Of a DNA stretch of 64,000 nt, positions 22,031-32,706 are shown piece after piece; the stretch's first letter is position 1; every line of letters begins with the position of its first letter. The notes below the pieces were generated by a model. The model searched no databases and was not told where the DNA came from. It saw nothing but the letters and a program-made list of their open reading frames with translations. The DNA comes from an uncultured Acidobacteriota bacterium (lineage in GTDB: Bacteria > Acidobacteriota > Blastocatellia > RBC074). The DNA lies in the NCBI GenBank assembly GCA_963796275.1, contig CAWCKY010000006.1:992001-1056000 (forward strand). Reading direction: 5' to 3'. The position numbers were made by a program, and so were the translations under genes.

Positions 22031-22903
22031 ATGAAAAAGATCCTGATTCTGATGACGGTGTTGACTATCATAGGATCGTTGAACGGATGCGGTGGCGGCG
22101 AAGCGGCCAGATCTGCTGCTACACCGACTCCAACTCCTTCCAATAAATTAGCAATCTTCGGCTCAACCACCGTGCTCCCCATCGCGCAGAAAGTCATGGA
22201 AGCGTTCCAAACGCGCAAACCGGTGATAAAAATTACCCTCACCGGTGGCGGCTCATTGGCTGGTATCAATGCCCTGGTGGATGGCTATGCCGATATCGCC
22301 ATGTCTTCCCGCGAGATGAAAAAAGAGGAGAAAGAAAAGCTGAAGCAAAGGAAGGGGATAGCAGCCAGGGAGAACATTGTAGCCTGGGACGGGATTATTC
22401 CCATCGTCCACCCCTCTAACCCTGTGAAAAACCTGACCATCGCGCAACTCAAAGACATCTATACCGGCAAGGTCACAGACTGGGGGCAGGTCGGCGGTAA
22501 GAAAGGCAACATCACAGTCGTCTCACGCGACTTCACTTCGGGAACTCATGAAGCCTGGGCGGAGCTGGTCCTGAATAACGAATCGGTAGTTGCCTCGGCG
22601 GAGGAGAAGTCATCGAGCAGTGCGGTTCTGGAAAAGATTGCGAGCACACCGAATGCGATCGGTTACGACGGAATCGGTTATGTCGAAGGTAATAATCGGG
22701 TTAAGAGCGTCAGCGTCGAGGGACAAACGGCTTCTGCCAGCAGTATTCTGGATAGATCGTACAAAATCGCGCGTCCGCTCTATCTGCTCACCCGTGAAAA
22801 CCCAAACGCAACCGTCGGAGAATTCTTGAACTTCGTTGTGAGCCCTGAGGGACAGGCTTTGATCAGGGAAGCGAAGTTCGTCCCGTTATCACAGCGCCCG
22901 TAA
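22031..22903 (+). CDS. pstS: Phosphate ABC transporter substrate-binding lipoprotein PstS
   Basis: Lipobox LNGC; motifs GSTTVLP, GGGSxxG, DIAMSSR, SRDxxSGT, YxIARPLY. SD AAGGA before ATG 22031; the ORF track start at 21887 is too early. Confidence 0.88.
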   Translation: MKKILILMTVLTIIGSLNGCGGGEAARSAATPTPTPSNKLAIFGSTTVLPIAQKVMEAFQTRKPVIKITLTGGGSLAGINALVDGYADIAMSSREMKKEEKEKLKQRKGIAARENIVAWDGIIPIVHPSNPVKNLTIAQLKDIYTGKVTDWGQVGGKKGNITVVSRDFTSGTHEAWAELVLNNESVVASAEEKSSSSAVLEKIASTPNAIGYDGIGYVEGNNRVKSVSVEGQTASASSILDRSYKIARPLYLLTRENPNATVGEFLNFVVSPEGQALIREAKFVPLSQRP

Positions 22904-23099
22904 TCATCAATACGAGAGCAGATGACAGCATACGAAGGGGCACTCAGTGGCGGTAGCGTCACTCTCTTATCCGACCACCTTCCACCCATGAATTCACTAT
23001 TTATTGACATTCAGTTTGGTCGTTTAACGCCCAAGCCGAATTGCCGCGTAGCGGCAGGGATGAGCCTAATCCCGTTTTTCAACGCCGCACGGGCATCCA

Positions 23100-23280
23100 T
23101 CGTTGCGTAGCGACGGCGTGAATGTAGCCGTGGGTTTCAACCGGGTTGATACCAGGGTTCAACCACCGTGGTAGAATTCAGGCGTCGCTAACGCGACGCG
23201 CCCATATCTTCAAACCTTCCGTGGGTTAAAACCCGGTTAAAACCCACGGCTACAATCAGCCGCCGCTAACGCGGCGAAGA
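23100..23280. repeat. Second, rearranged copy of the GTAG-type REPIN
   Basis: The stretch from about 23174 to 23280 is the reverse complement of about 15988-16084, with an internal GGTTAAAACCC duplication. Confidence 0.8.
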
Positions 23281-23651
23281 AAGGGTACATCGGTGCGTCG
23301 CAAGGTGAGGGAGCTCGCCGACCGTGGGTTGAAATCTACACAAATCAGAGATCTCGCAATTCAACTAAAATGAGGGAGGTTATACATAATGATTGGCCTC
23401 CTCTTAGCCCGATTCTGATTGCTGAAGTTCAATAGAGAGTGTATTCCAGATCACCTCGATCGCGGGATGTATCTTCGCAATGGACTCAGACGGTGAACTC
23501 CTTGAATCCGTGAATGAAGTTGGATTGATCAAAATACCTAGTTCTTAGGAGATAACTTCGAAGGATAAATCACCATCTCCAGGAGGGTGATCGCCTCTGA
23601 TATATCTTTTCTCTCGCGATCCTGTCGGCTCTGCCAAACTCTCCTTGAGGC

Positions 23652-23753
23652 TTGTCAACCTCGAAGTTTCGGTTATAATGCGGGCGACCTCACCCCTGAC
23701 CGATCGGTAAGTAAAATGCTCGTTGTCAGTGCCAGCTTTTCGGCTATAATGCG
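23652..23753 (+). promoter_or_regulatory. Tandem sigma70-like promoters upstream of the TBDR
   Basis: TTGTCA-N16-TATAATGCG occurs at 23652-23682 and again at 23723-23753. Confidence 0.55.
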
Positions 23754-24041
23754 TGTGCCTCTATGCAAAATCGGGCCGGCAGGCAAAACCGGTAGACGAT
23801 ATTACCAATTGCCTGACTTCCCACTGAGTATATTCACTCACTAAATAAACATAGATATAGACATATACATCTTGGGCTAGCTGAGGAAAGTTGGATGGAG
23901 TGCCTCCATAATTGGAGAACACTGCATCTAAACGCTTAACCGATTTCCAAAGTCAGACTTACAAGTCTTCTTTGTCGACACCCGAAAAACATTGCGATCA
24001 ATGGGAGCTTCAAAGCTCCCGAAAAATTACAAGGAGGAGAT

Positions 24042-27000
24042 ATGCGTTTTTCCGCCAGCTACAAAAACTATACATCTCTAGTATTACTTTTATTGCTCTG
24101 CGCGTGTTTCGTAACAGTGCGCGCGCAAGTACCGACGGGGGTGATCCGCGGTGTGGTTTCAGACACGACCGGCGCCGTCATCGCCGGAGCCACGATAATT
24201 GTGAAGAATAAGAACACCGGAGCTGAACGGTCGGTGACGACCCAAGCCGATGGCCAATACCAGATCGGCAATCTGTTGCCGGGAGAATATGAAGTATCGG
24301 TAACCATGACCGGTTTCAAGAAACACCTTTCTAGTATTACGGTCGAGGTGGGCGATACTGCGACGGCCAATCGCAGCCTCGAGGTCGGTGAGACTTCGGA
24401 GACCGTGGTTGTCTCCGGGGATGCATCAGCGGCTGTCAACACGAGCGATTTCAAAGTCGACGGCGTCATCACGCGCCAGAAGATCGACAGCCTTCCCTTG
24501 AACGGGCGCAACTTTCTGACGCTCGCCGCGCTCGAACCGGGCGTGCGCATCTCAACCGGCAGTCCGGGCGACGCCAATAGTCTGGTCAATGTCTCGGTGG
24601 GGGGAGCCAGTTCGGCGCTCACTCGGTTGACCGTCGATGGAGGCAGTATTGTCGATGGCGTCACGGGCGGCGCTGCCCAGAACTTTTCCATCGAATCGGT
24701 ACAGGAATTTCAGATTTCATCATTCAACTTCGACCTGTCGACCGGCGTCACGTCTGTCGGCGCGGTGAACATAGTGACGCGGACAGGAACTAACGAATAT
24801 CACGGCAGCGCATTCGCTTTCTTCCGCGACCGTAATATCGCGGCCTATCCGGTGATCAATCGCACCGCGCAAACTCCCGATCCATTCTTCCGGCGTTTGC
24901 AGTCAGGATTCTCAGTGGGCGGCCCCATCAAAAAGGACAAGGTTCTCTTTTTCTTCAACCTGGAAGACCTCAATCAGGATGGCGTCTTCTCGAACGTCAA
25001 CACCGGCTATTCGCTGGCAGTCCCCGGAGGCGGAACTTTCTTTCCTCTCTCTCAGTTCGACTCTGTTGCACCGAGCCCATATAACCAGTTCCTGACCAAT
25101 GCGCGCGTGGATTATCGCTATAGTCCCAAGCACAATTTCTTCATCCGTTACAGCGGTGATGTGAGCGATGCATTCGGGCCGGTTATCGATGCGCCTCCCA
25201 ACAATTTCATCTTTTCACCGTCGAACTGGCGCAGGAACGAAAACGACGCATATGGAGGGCAAGGCGGATGGACATGGACTCCGAGCGCAGTCTTTACCAA
25301 TGATCTGCGTTTTAACTGGGGCTACGGCGGCAACAAGAGCTTCATTCCGACGGCGGCCGATTGCCCGGGCTGTCTTGGTCTGAATGGACCACAGATACGT
25401 ATTAATGGCAGCAACTTTCGGATCGGCAACCAGATTTCAGCTCCGCAGAACCGAGCTCTGCATCGATACGAGACCACCAACAATTCGAGCTATGTCACAG
25501 GCAGGCATCTCTTCCAGTTCGGTGGAACGTGGGAGAAGAACTATGGGACAGGGAGCTGGAATTTCGTAGATCCAGCGGTCATCGTCGTTCACAATCCCGC
25601 TGATGTACTCCGGGTCAATTCGATAATCAATCTTCTGTCTGATACGACCAACCCCCTACTCCCGCCCACTGCTATACCTTTGGTCCAGATATTCCGTGAT
25701 CAGGTCGCACCTCTTCTGAGGATTCCGCTGCCGGCGTCATTTTCCACACCAGGGGCCACGATAACTTATCAGGATCTTCTTCAATTGCCTGTCGCCGGTG
25801 CAGCAGTCGGCATTGGCGATGGCTCTCAACCGCCTCCATTCAATTCGAATATTGCCCGGAATAGCCAACGGTTTCGACTCTATGGCCAGGATACATGGCG
25901 AGCCAGGCAGGGGCTGACACTCAAATACGGGTTGTCGTATACCTACGAGACGAACCTTTATAATCACGACCTGCAGAAGCCATCGTTACTGTCGCCGCTT
26001 TACGGCGCCACCAATGCCAACAATCGTGACGCGAACAACTTCGCTCCATCTGTAGGGTTCGCGTGGGATGTCAAAAATGATGCGAAGACGGTGATACGCG
26101 GCGGCTTCAGTATGGCCTACGACACCAGTCTGTTCGTAAACCGATTGACGGAACGAGCATTGATTGGCCCCGCCGGCAATGGTCGCGTATCAACTACGGG
26201 CGATTTCTTCCGTAACACGACTCAATTCTCGCAGTTGCCCCCGATTGCTGGTCTTCTGTCCACCGGAGCTGTACAGTTGTTCAATCAACTCGCTGCCGGA
26301 CTGCCTGCGAATGATCCCAACCGGAGCGATATTACTGCAACTCGCGGCTTTCATCCCCAACCTGGCCTTTATCAACACGGCGCCGGGCACACCGATCAAT
26401 TTTCAGGTCGTCCCAACCAAATTCACTGCCCAGAATTTTATGGACCTCATCCAGCAGCAGGTTCCAGGGCTCCAACAACAACTAAATGCGGTCGCTGCCC
26501 AGGGTGGCCAGGGGTTGGATTTCTACAAATCGGCTCAAAATCCCGCATTTTTAATCGATCCCGCGGCGAAGCTTCCGTATTCCGTGCAATTCAGCCTGGG
26601 CGTGCAGCGCGAATTGCCCGGGAATATGCTGCTGACGGCCGACTTCGTTTCGCGAAATCGGGTTCACAGCTTCTTTTCGGCGGATCGCAATCTCTTCAAT
26701 CGTGCGGCTTCGCTGGGCGGCCCTATGATTCCAAGGTGCTCGTTGGCTGCCTCTACAGATCCGACTGCGTTTTGCAGCAATGGTCCGGTCGAGATACTCG
26801 ATGCCAGCGGTCGCGAGCAATACAAGGGATTACTCGTCAAACTCGATAAACGTTTCTCGAGGCGATACGCTTTCACTGGTTCGTATTCGTTTTCATCGCT
26901 CAAAGGATTCGACTACGGGCGCGACCTGACCAACTGGTTTGGCAATCCCGGCCCGCTCAGCGTCGACGCGCGCCACGTCTTCGCTTTCAACAGCACGGTT

Positions 27001-27507
27001 GATCTTTCACGCGGATTCCAGGCCGGATTTATCGCAAACTTCGCCACCCGCAGCCCATTCAGTGTGACGCTGCCCGGTTCGGCGGAAAGCGATATCAATG
27101 GCGATGGAACCAATAATGATCTGCTCCCGGGTTTCGGCTGGAACCAGGGCAATCGTAACCTCAGCGAATCTGACTTGCAGGCGTTGGTAGATGCTTACAA
27201 CCAGAACTTTGCGGGGCAATCTGCTCCGCGCGGAGGCACATTCCCGACTGTGACATTGCCGTCGAGCTACGGTTTCGGCGACTTGTTCCAATCATACGAC
27301 GCTCGGCTGTCGAAGCTCTTCAAATACCAGGATCGTTTGTCATTGGAGTTGATTGGCGAAGTCTTCAACATGTTCAACATCTCCAACTTCCAAAACTATA
27401 ACGGGCTTCTCAACGATTCCTTCGGGCAGCCCACATCTAAAGCCGGTCAAGCGTTCGGCTTCGGCGGTCCGCGCGCATTCCAGTTCGCGGCGAGATTTAA
27501 GTTCTAA
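24042..27507 (+). CDS. TonB-dependent receptor (carboxypeptidase regulatory-like domain), split by a +1 frameshift near 26320 (ORFs 24042-26849 and 26164-27507)
   Basis: SD AGGAGG; LPLNGRNF, TRTGTN, SVGGPI. The second frame continues in register with paralogue 27992 and ends FQFAARFKF. Removing one base at CCCAACCGGAGC restores a single ORF. Confidence 0.87.
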
Positions 27508-27525
27508 ATTCTTCACATCCAGACG

Positions 27526-27566
27526 CCAGGGAGATCGGGGAACAATAGTTGCCCCGATCTCCCTGG
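27526..27566 (+). terminator. Stem-loop after the TBDR (terminator or mRNA-stabilising hairpin)
   Basis: Perfect 15-bp stem CCAGGGAGATCGGGG/CCCCGATCTCCCTGG. No strong U-tract follows. Confidence 0.5.
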
Positions 27567-27648
27567 AATCCTTAGCTCTCATCTCGGCAAATCTCAATAA
27601 GCCGCCAATAGACAATCGATCATACCTGCGAATATCTCCGTGAATTGA

Positions 27649-27677
27649 TTGGCTGAATTAAACGCGACCGCTATAAT
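27649..27677 (+). promoter_or_regulatory. Putative sigma70 promoter for the TBDR at 27992
   Basis: TTGGCT-N17-TATAAT. Confidence 0.45.
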
Positions 27678-27991
27678 AGCCGCTGAACAACCGGTAGGTA
27701 GGCAATTTGCTCGGTCAAATTTTATCTGCCGCGAGTTTCAAAATTCCGGTTACTACAAACATCAGACGCTGCGCAGGGATGCGAAGAAGATAACCTCCTA
27801 AAATCAAAACAGACAAATTGACCGGCTGGCAGGAGAGGGGCTTATTTCCGGGCGTATCGGAAATAAAGGTGATTTATGAGATTCGAGGTCTCCGTGTGTC
27901 TATCGAGACCTTGAATCCATAGATTTATGCACTGCAATCAGTGCTTCAGTGTGCTTTCCATCTATCAGGAGTGCACGAAAGGAGATAAGCC

Positions 27992-30900
27992 ATGAAAAAT
28001 ATCGCCAGTTACATTTTCACGTTCTTGCTGCTTCTTCTCTCCGCGTCGATTCAGCCTCTGGCCCAGGCGCCGGTTGGAACGATCTCCGGGACGATATTCG
28101 ATCAGTCCGGTGCGGTCATCACCAATGCATCGGTCGTAATCCGCAATAAGGGCACCGGGATCGAGCGCAGGGTATCATCCGATAACGATGGCAGTTTTTC
28201 AGCGGCATCGCTCGCTGCGGGCCAGTATGAAGTGACCGCGCAGGCCACCGGATTTCGCAAATATATAAGGGAGGTGACGGTTACCACCGGCACGATCGTC
28301 AAGGTCGATATTAATATGGAGGTGGGTCAGGCGACCGAGATCGTGACTGTCGAGGCCGCCGGCGCGGCGCAGATCAATTACGAGACGGGCTCGGTCGATG
28401 GCGTCATCACCCGGCAGAAGATTCAGGAGTTGCCGCTGAATGGGCGCAGCTTCCTGCAGCTCGCTTTCCTCGAACCTGGAGTGACGGTGAGCCCTGGCAC
28501 GACCTCGCAGTACAACTCACTCTTCTCGGTTTCTGTGCTCGGCGGCGAATCCAACAAGACCGCCATTACAGTTGACGGCGGCAACATCCGCAACGGTATC
28601 GAAGGCAATACGGGCATGAACTTCTCGCAGGAGGTTATTCAGGAGTTCCAGCTTTCTTCGAACAACTTCGACCTCTCGACGGGGATCACGAGCGTCGGCG
28701 CGGTGAATATCGTCTCCCGCTCGGGCAGTAACGAGTATCACGGCTCCGGATATTACTTTTTCCGCGACCACAACATGGCCGCGTACCCCGGTTTGAAGCG
28801 TATCTGCGTCGAAAATCCGACGAATCCAATTTGCACCAATGCGAGTTCGCGGAGAGGGGTCGAGGATCCGTTCTTTGCGCGTCGAAATCCCGGATTTTCG
28901 CTGGGCGGCCCGATCGTCAAGAATCGCCTCTTCTTCTTCACCAACTATGAATACACGAACCAGACGCAGGTCTACACAGTGCAGCCGGACCTGGGTTCGA
29001 TAAGTGGATTGGCGGGCAATTTCCTGAGCCCTTACAGCGGCCATCTCTTCAGCATGCGTCTCGACTTTAAATTATCGGACAAGCACAGCCTGTTCGCGCG
29101 CTACTCGCACGATCAGAACAAGGGGTTCGGGCCATCCAGCGGATCGCCCCTGCCATCAAACTGGCTGCAGAACCAGAATTTCTCCGATCAAAGTCTGCTT
29201 GGCATCACGTCGGTATTGAAGCCGTCGCTGGTCAATGACTTCCGCTTCAATTACACCTATTGGCAGAACCGCAACCTCTTCGCAGATGAGCAGACATGTC
29301 CGGGCTGCATCGGCCTTGGTTTTCCGAGTCTCACGCTTGTAGGTTCCAACGCGAACAGCTTCGCGGTCGGCAACACGCTCAACGCGACCCAGGGCCGCGA
29401 CCTGCGCCGATTCACATTTCTCGACACGTTGACCTGGGATAAGGGCTCCCATCGGCTCCGATTCGGGATTGAGCTCGAGCACGCGCCGGGGACCGGTTAC
29501 TGGGGTTATTGCGATCCAGCCTGCACGGTGGCTTTCTCGCCTGAGGAAGTGCGCAGGTCGTTCAGAAACCTGCCTGCGGCAAATCAGGCATTTATACTTC
29601 AGACATTTTTCCCAAACCTCCCTTCAGTGATACGGACAGACCAGGACCTGTTGAATCTGCCTTTTGCCGGTGGGGTGGCCGGCGTCGGCGATCCGTCGCA
29701 GCCTCCTCCCTACAACATCGACAAAGCGAAACCGAATAATCGCATGCGTCTGTTTGCACAGGACACCTGGAAGCTCAAGCCGCGATTCGCGCTCAATTAC
29801 GGTCTGGCATGGAATTTTGAGAGCACACTCGTAAACCGCGATCTGGACAAACCGAAATATCTCCAGCCGCTCTATGGCGCTGACCTGGGGCCGACGAAAA
29901 ATAACTATAACAATTTCTCGCCCTCGCTCGGTTTCGCCTGGACGCTCGACCAGAGCAACAAGACAGTAGTGCGCGGCGGCGCGGGCCTCTTCTGGGAGAC
30001 TGAACTTCTCTGGCGCCGCTTGCAGGAGCGCGCGTTCATCGGTCCGGTGGGCAACGGCCGCGTTCAGTTCCCGCACACCGGTTTCAGAAATATCTTCCCG
30101 GGCATCGTCAATTTTAACAACATCGATCCAGCTACTGGCCTACCGCGCCCGGTTCCGGTCGGCACTTTTTTGCCTTCCAACAATCTTACAAATCTGACCC
30201 TCGGTCAGTTCCTGCAGATATACCAGCAGCAGATCGGTGGGATCCAACAGACACTGGCTCCGACGGACCTGAACGATCTATCCGTCAGGACGATCCAGCT
30301 CAATAAGTCGGCGGCACAGCTTTACCCGCAAGAATATCCGGTGCAGCGAAGTTATCAAATGAACCTTGGCATACAGCGCGATATCGGTCACGAAATGGCG
30401 GCATCGGTCTACTATGTGCGGCGCGTTTTCACCAATACGCTGCTGGGTCAGATCGATTACAACCGGTTCGACCGCCGGATCAATGGCCTGCAGACTCCCG
30501 TTATTCCGCGCTGTACGAGCCTTGCACAGCGGGATGATCCTACCGCTCAATGTTCTACCGGCGGAATCAGCTTTTGGACGCCGGCAGGACGGGGAGTCTA
30601 CAACGCTATGCTCGTAAAGCTCGACAAACGTTTCTCCAAGCGCCACCAGTTCACAGTCTCCTATGCATTAACGGGCCAGAGTGGCATCAACACTATTGTT
30701 GATCTCGATCAATATTTTGCGAGCTATGGTCCGCAGGGCGCACGTCATATTTTAAACGTGTCGGCTCTCGTTGAGTTACCACTGGGCTTGAGTCTCGGAT
30801 TCATCTCGGCATCATCGAGCGGCTCGCCGGTAATGCCGAGCGTCGCGAACGTGGACCTGGATGGAGACGGGACTACGACAGAGCCGATTCCGGGAGTAGC

Positions 30901-31300
30901 GTACAACTGTTTCAATCGCGGATGCGGCAAAAGCGATCTGGATAGAGCGGTTCAGGCGTGGAACTCGACTTATTCAGGAAACCCCAGTGACGCACGAGGC
31001 GCCTCAATTCCACAGTTGAGGCTGCCCACCAATTATCAGTTCGGCGACAGCTTCCATTCGCAGGACATCCGTCTGACCAAGAGATTCACTTTCGGTTCGA
31101 ACGAACGCTTCACGATTGCCGTTTTCGGGGAGATATTCAATTTTTTCAACGTAGCCAATTTGAGCGGATATAACTTCAATCTCAACGACCCCGATACAGC
31201 CGGGCAACCTACCTTTGGCCAGCCGACACAGCGCATTCAGCAGGTCTTCGGCTCCGGCGGCCCGAGGGCATTACAGATCGGCGGGCGATTTTCATTCTGA
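27992..31300 (+). CDS. TonB-dependent receptor (carboxypeptidase regulatory-like domain), paralogue of 24042
   Basis: SD AGGAG; shares VDGVITRQKI, NFDLSTG, CPGCxGL, GVGDxSQPPP and ERAxIGPxGNGRV with the upstream TBDR; ends LQIGGRFSF. Confidence 0.92.
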   Translation: MKNIASYIFTFLLLLLSASIQPLAQAPVGTISGTIFDQSGAVITNASVVIRNKGTGIERRVSSDNDGSFSAASLAAGQYEVTAQATGFRKYIREVTVTTGTIVKVDINMEVGQATEIVTVEAAGAAQINYETGSVDGVITRQKIQELPLNGRSFLQLAFLEPGVTVSPGTTSQYNSLFSVSVLGGESNKTAITVDGGNIRNGIEGNTGMNFSQEVIQEFQLSSNNFDLSTGITSVGAVNIVSRSGSNEYHGSGYYFFRDHNMAAYPGLKRICVENPTNPICTNASSRRGVEDPFFARRNPGFSLGGPIVKNRLFFFTNYEYTNQTQVYTVQPDLGSISGLAGNFLSPYSGHLFSMRLDFKLSDKHSLFARYSHDQNKGFGPSSGSPLPSNWLQNQNFSDQSLLGITSVLKPSLVNDFRFNYTYWQNRNLFADEQTCPGCIGLGFPSLTLVGSNANSFAVGNTLNATQGRDLRRFTFLDTLTWDKGSHRLRFGIELEHAPGTGYWGYCDPACTVAFSPEEVRRSFRNLPAANQAFILQTFFPNLPSVIRTDQDLLNLPFAGGVAGVGDPSQPPPYNIDKAKPNNRMRLFAQDTWKLKPRFALNYGLAWNFESTLVNRDLDKPKYLQPLYGADLGPTKNNYNNFSPSLGFAWTLDQSNKTVVRGGAGLFWETELLWRRLQERAFIGPVGNGRVQFPHTGFRNIFPGIVNFNNIDPATGLPRPVPVGTFLPSNNLTNLTLGQFLQIYQQQIGGIQQTLAPTDLNDLSVRTIQLNKSAAQLYPQEYPVQRSYQMNLGIQRDIGHEMAASVYYVRRVFTNTLLGQIDYNRFDRRINGLQTPVIPRCTSLAQRDDPTAQCSTGGISFWTPAGRGVYNAMLVKLDKRFSKRHQFTVSYALTGQSGINTIVDLDQYFASYGPQGARHILNVSALVELPLGLSLGFISASSSGSPVMPSVANVDLDGDGTTTEPIPGVAYNCFNRGCGKSDLDRAVQAWNSTYSGNPSDARGASIPQLRLPTNYQFGDSFHSQDIRLTKRFTFGSNERFTIAVFGEIFNFFNVANLSGYNFNLNDPDTAGQPTFGQPTQRIQQVFGSGGPRALQIGGRFSF

Positions 31301-31520
31301 AGCCATGGGCGGATGAAGAAGAGTTCACGCGCAAAACCGCGGAGCGCGTAGCGCGAAGATACTGGGAAGCATCGAGGAGAACCGTCAAGCCCCTATAAGG
31401 GGCGCAATTGCCATTTGGCAATATTTACAGGGCGCGGCGGGTCGCTTGCCGGTTTACCAGGGGCTACGCGCTAAACGCGCGTTCCACCCCTGGCTATTTT
31501 ATTCTGCGCCTTCGGCGCTT
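31301..31520. repeat. Degenerate REP-like multi-hairpin element
   Basis: Clustered palindromes GCCCCTATAAGGGGC, ATTGCCATTTGGCAAT, CCAGGGG...CCCCTGG and GCGCCTTCGGCGC. Confidence 0.45.
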
Positions 31521-31577
31521 AATTCAATGTCATTACGCTCTTACACGGGGTTGAATCAGATTCAACCACAAAATTAC

Positions 31578-31621
31578 AAAGAAGAGGCCGATGGGTAGCG
31601 AACCCGGGCCTCTTCTTTTGT
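31578..31621. terminator. Rho-independent terminator-like hairpin
   Basis: AAAGAAGAGGCC...GGCCTCTTCTTT stem with A and T tracts on either side. Confidence 0.55.
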
Positions 31622-31654
31622 GATATTTGTGGTGAATATTATACAGTTGCGAAT

Positions 31655-32173
31655 ATGGTCCTCGAGAACAAAGAAGCACAGCTCCGCCTGATTGACCTGA
31701 TCGCCGAGGTCAAAAAGCTCATGGGAGATCAACTCGTATCTTCGATCTACCGCGACCGCATTCGCACCGTTCGCACGAGGAGCTATCAAATCAGCGCGCT
31801 GGCGAAGCGAGTCGATGTGGAGGTCATGCATACACTTCTGGGCATCGAGCTCAGGATCGGTAAAACGCGGATGATGTGCCCCGATCTGTCGACCGCGCGG
31901 TACCTCGCCGTTTTCGCTCGCCTGGGCGTCCCGGAAGTAGCGGTTCCATACAACATTACACAAATTTCAAAACTCGCGGACGATCTGGAGTCTTCATGGT
32001 ATAAAATGCTGATGCTTGCCGAGCATCTGACCTCGGAACGAAGTGAACGATTACGGAGGCGCGTCCGTTCTGACCTGATCAAAGATCAATGCACCGAGAT
32101 CATTGCTCTGGGCGCAGGGCCCGCCATTCCAGAATTCAATCAGAACACGAAGCAGAGAAGATCGAAGACCTGA
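31655..32173 (+). CDS. Hypothetical protein
   Basis: 172-aa ORF with protein-like composition; its stop overlaps the next start (TGATG). No motif recognised. Confidence 0.65.
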   Translation: MVLENKEAQLRLIDLIAEVKKLMGDQLVSSIYRDRIRTVRTRSYQISALAKRVDVEVMHTLLGIELRIGKTRMMCPDLSTARYLAVFARLGVPEVAVPYNITQISKLADDLESSWYKMLMLAEHLTSERSERLRRRVRSDLIKDQCTEIIALGAGPAIPEFNQNTKQRRSKT

Positions 32174-32706
32174 TGAAGAAATATTTCACCGCCGCTTTTT
32201 TTACCGCCTTTTTGGCTGCCGCAAACTCCCAAGCACAACAACCGCCAACGCTCGAACAAATAAAGTCGAAAAAGTTCGTCCTCCAATCGCTCCAGGGCAA
32301 ACCGGTCGAACTCAACAAACTGCTGGGGCAGGGCAAACCCGTGGTGATCGATATCTGGGCCACCTGGTGCGGCCCGTGCCGCCAGGAAATCCCGCATCTG
32401 GTGCAATTCGCCAAGCAATACGGCAAAGACGGATTGATCATTATCGGTCTGACCATCGAAGACCCGCAGGCAGACCGTAACGAAGTGAAGAACTTCGTTA
32501 AACAATACAAGATGAATTACCAGGTAGCCTTCGCGCCGGATGGGCTTTATCAGTTTTTCAGCGGCAATGCCGAGAGATTGCTCATCCCGCAAACCTTTAT
32601 CTTCAACGCGGACGGGAAGGTCGTCAGGCGGCTGATCGGTTACAACGAGACCAAGGGAAAAGATTATTTGTTCTCGGGAATTGAACGAGCCCTGGGCATC
32701 AAATGA
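32173..32706 (+). CDS. Secreted TlpA/ResA-family thiol:disulfide oxidoreductase
   Basis: Signal peptide from ATG 32173; WATWCGPC; cis-Pro loop IPQTF. Confidence 0.88.
   Translation: MKKYFTAAFFTAFLAAANSQAQQPPTLEQIKSKKFVLQSLQGKPVELNKLLGQGKPVVIDIWATWCGPCRQEIPHLVQFAKQYGKDGLIIIGLTIEDPQADRNEVKNFVKQYKMNYQVAFAPDGLYQFFSGNAERLLIPQTFIFNADGKVVRRLIGYNETKGKDYLFSGIERALGIK

Noticed and set aside
22949-22959. ops/JUMPStart-like GGCGGTAGCGT
   Set aside because: It is the loop region of a small hairpin after pstS, upstream of the TBDR promoters and far from the EPS cluster. Probably a chance match.
23380-23600. Possible gene remnant on the minus strand
   Set aside because: Only short frames with no recognisable homology.
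23775-23820. c-di-GMP-I riboswitch
   Set aside because: GGCAAAACC is present, but the GNRA tetraloop/receptor and P3 consensus are not.
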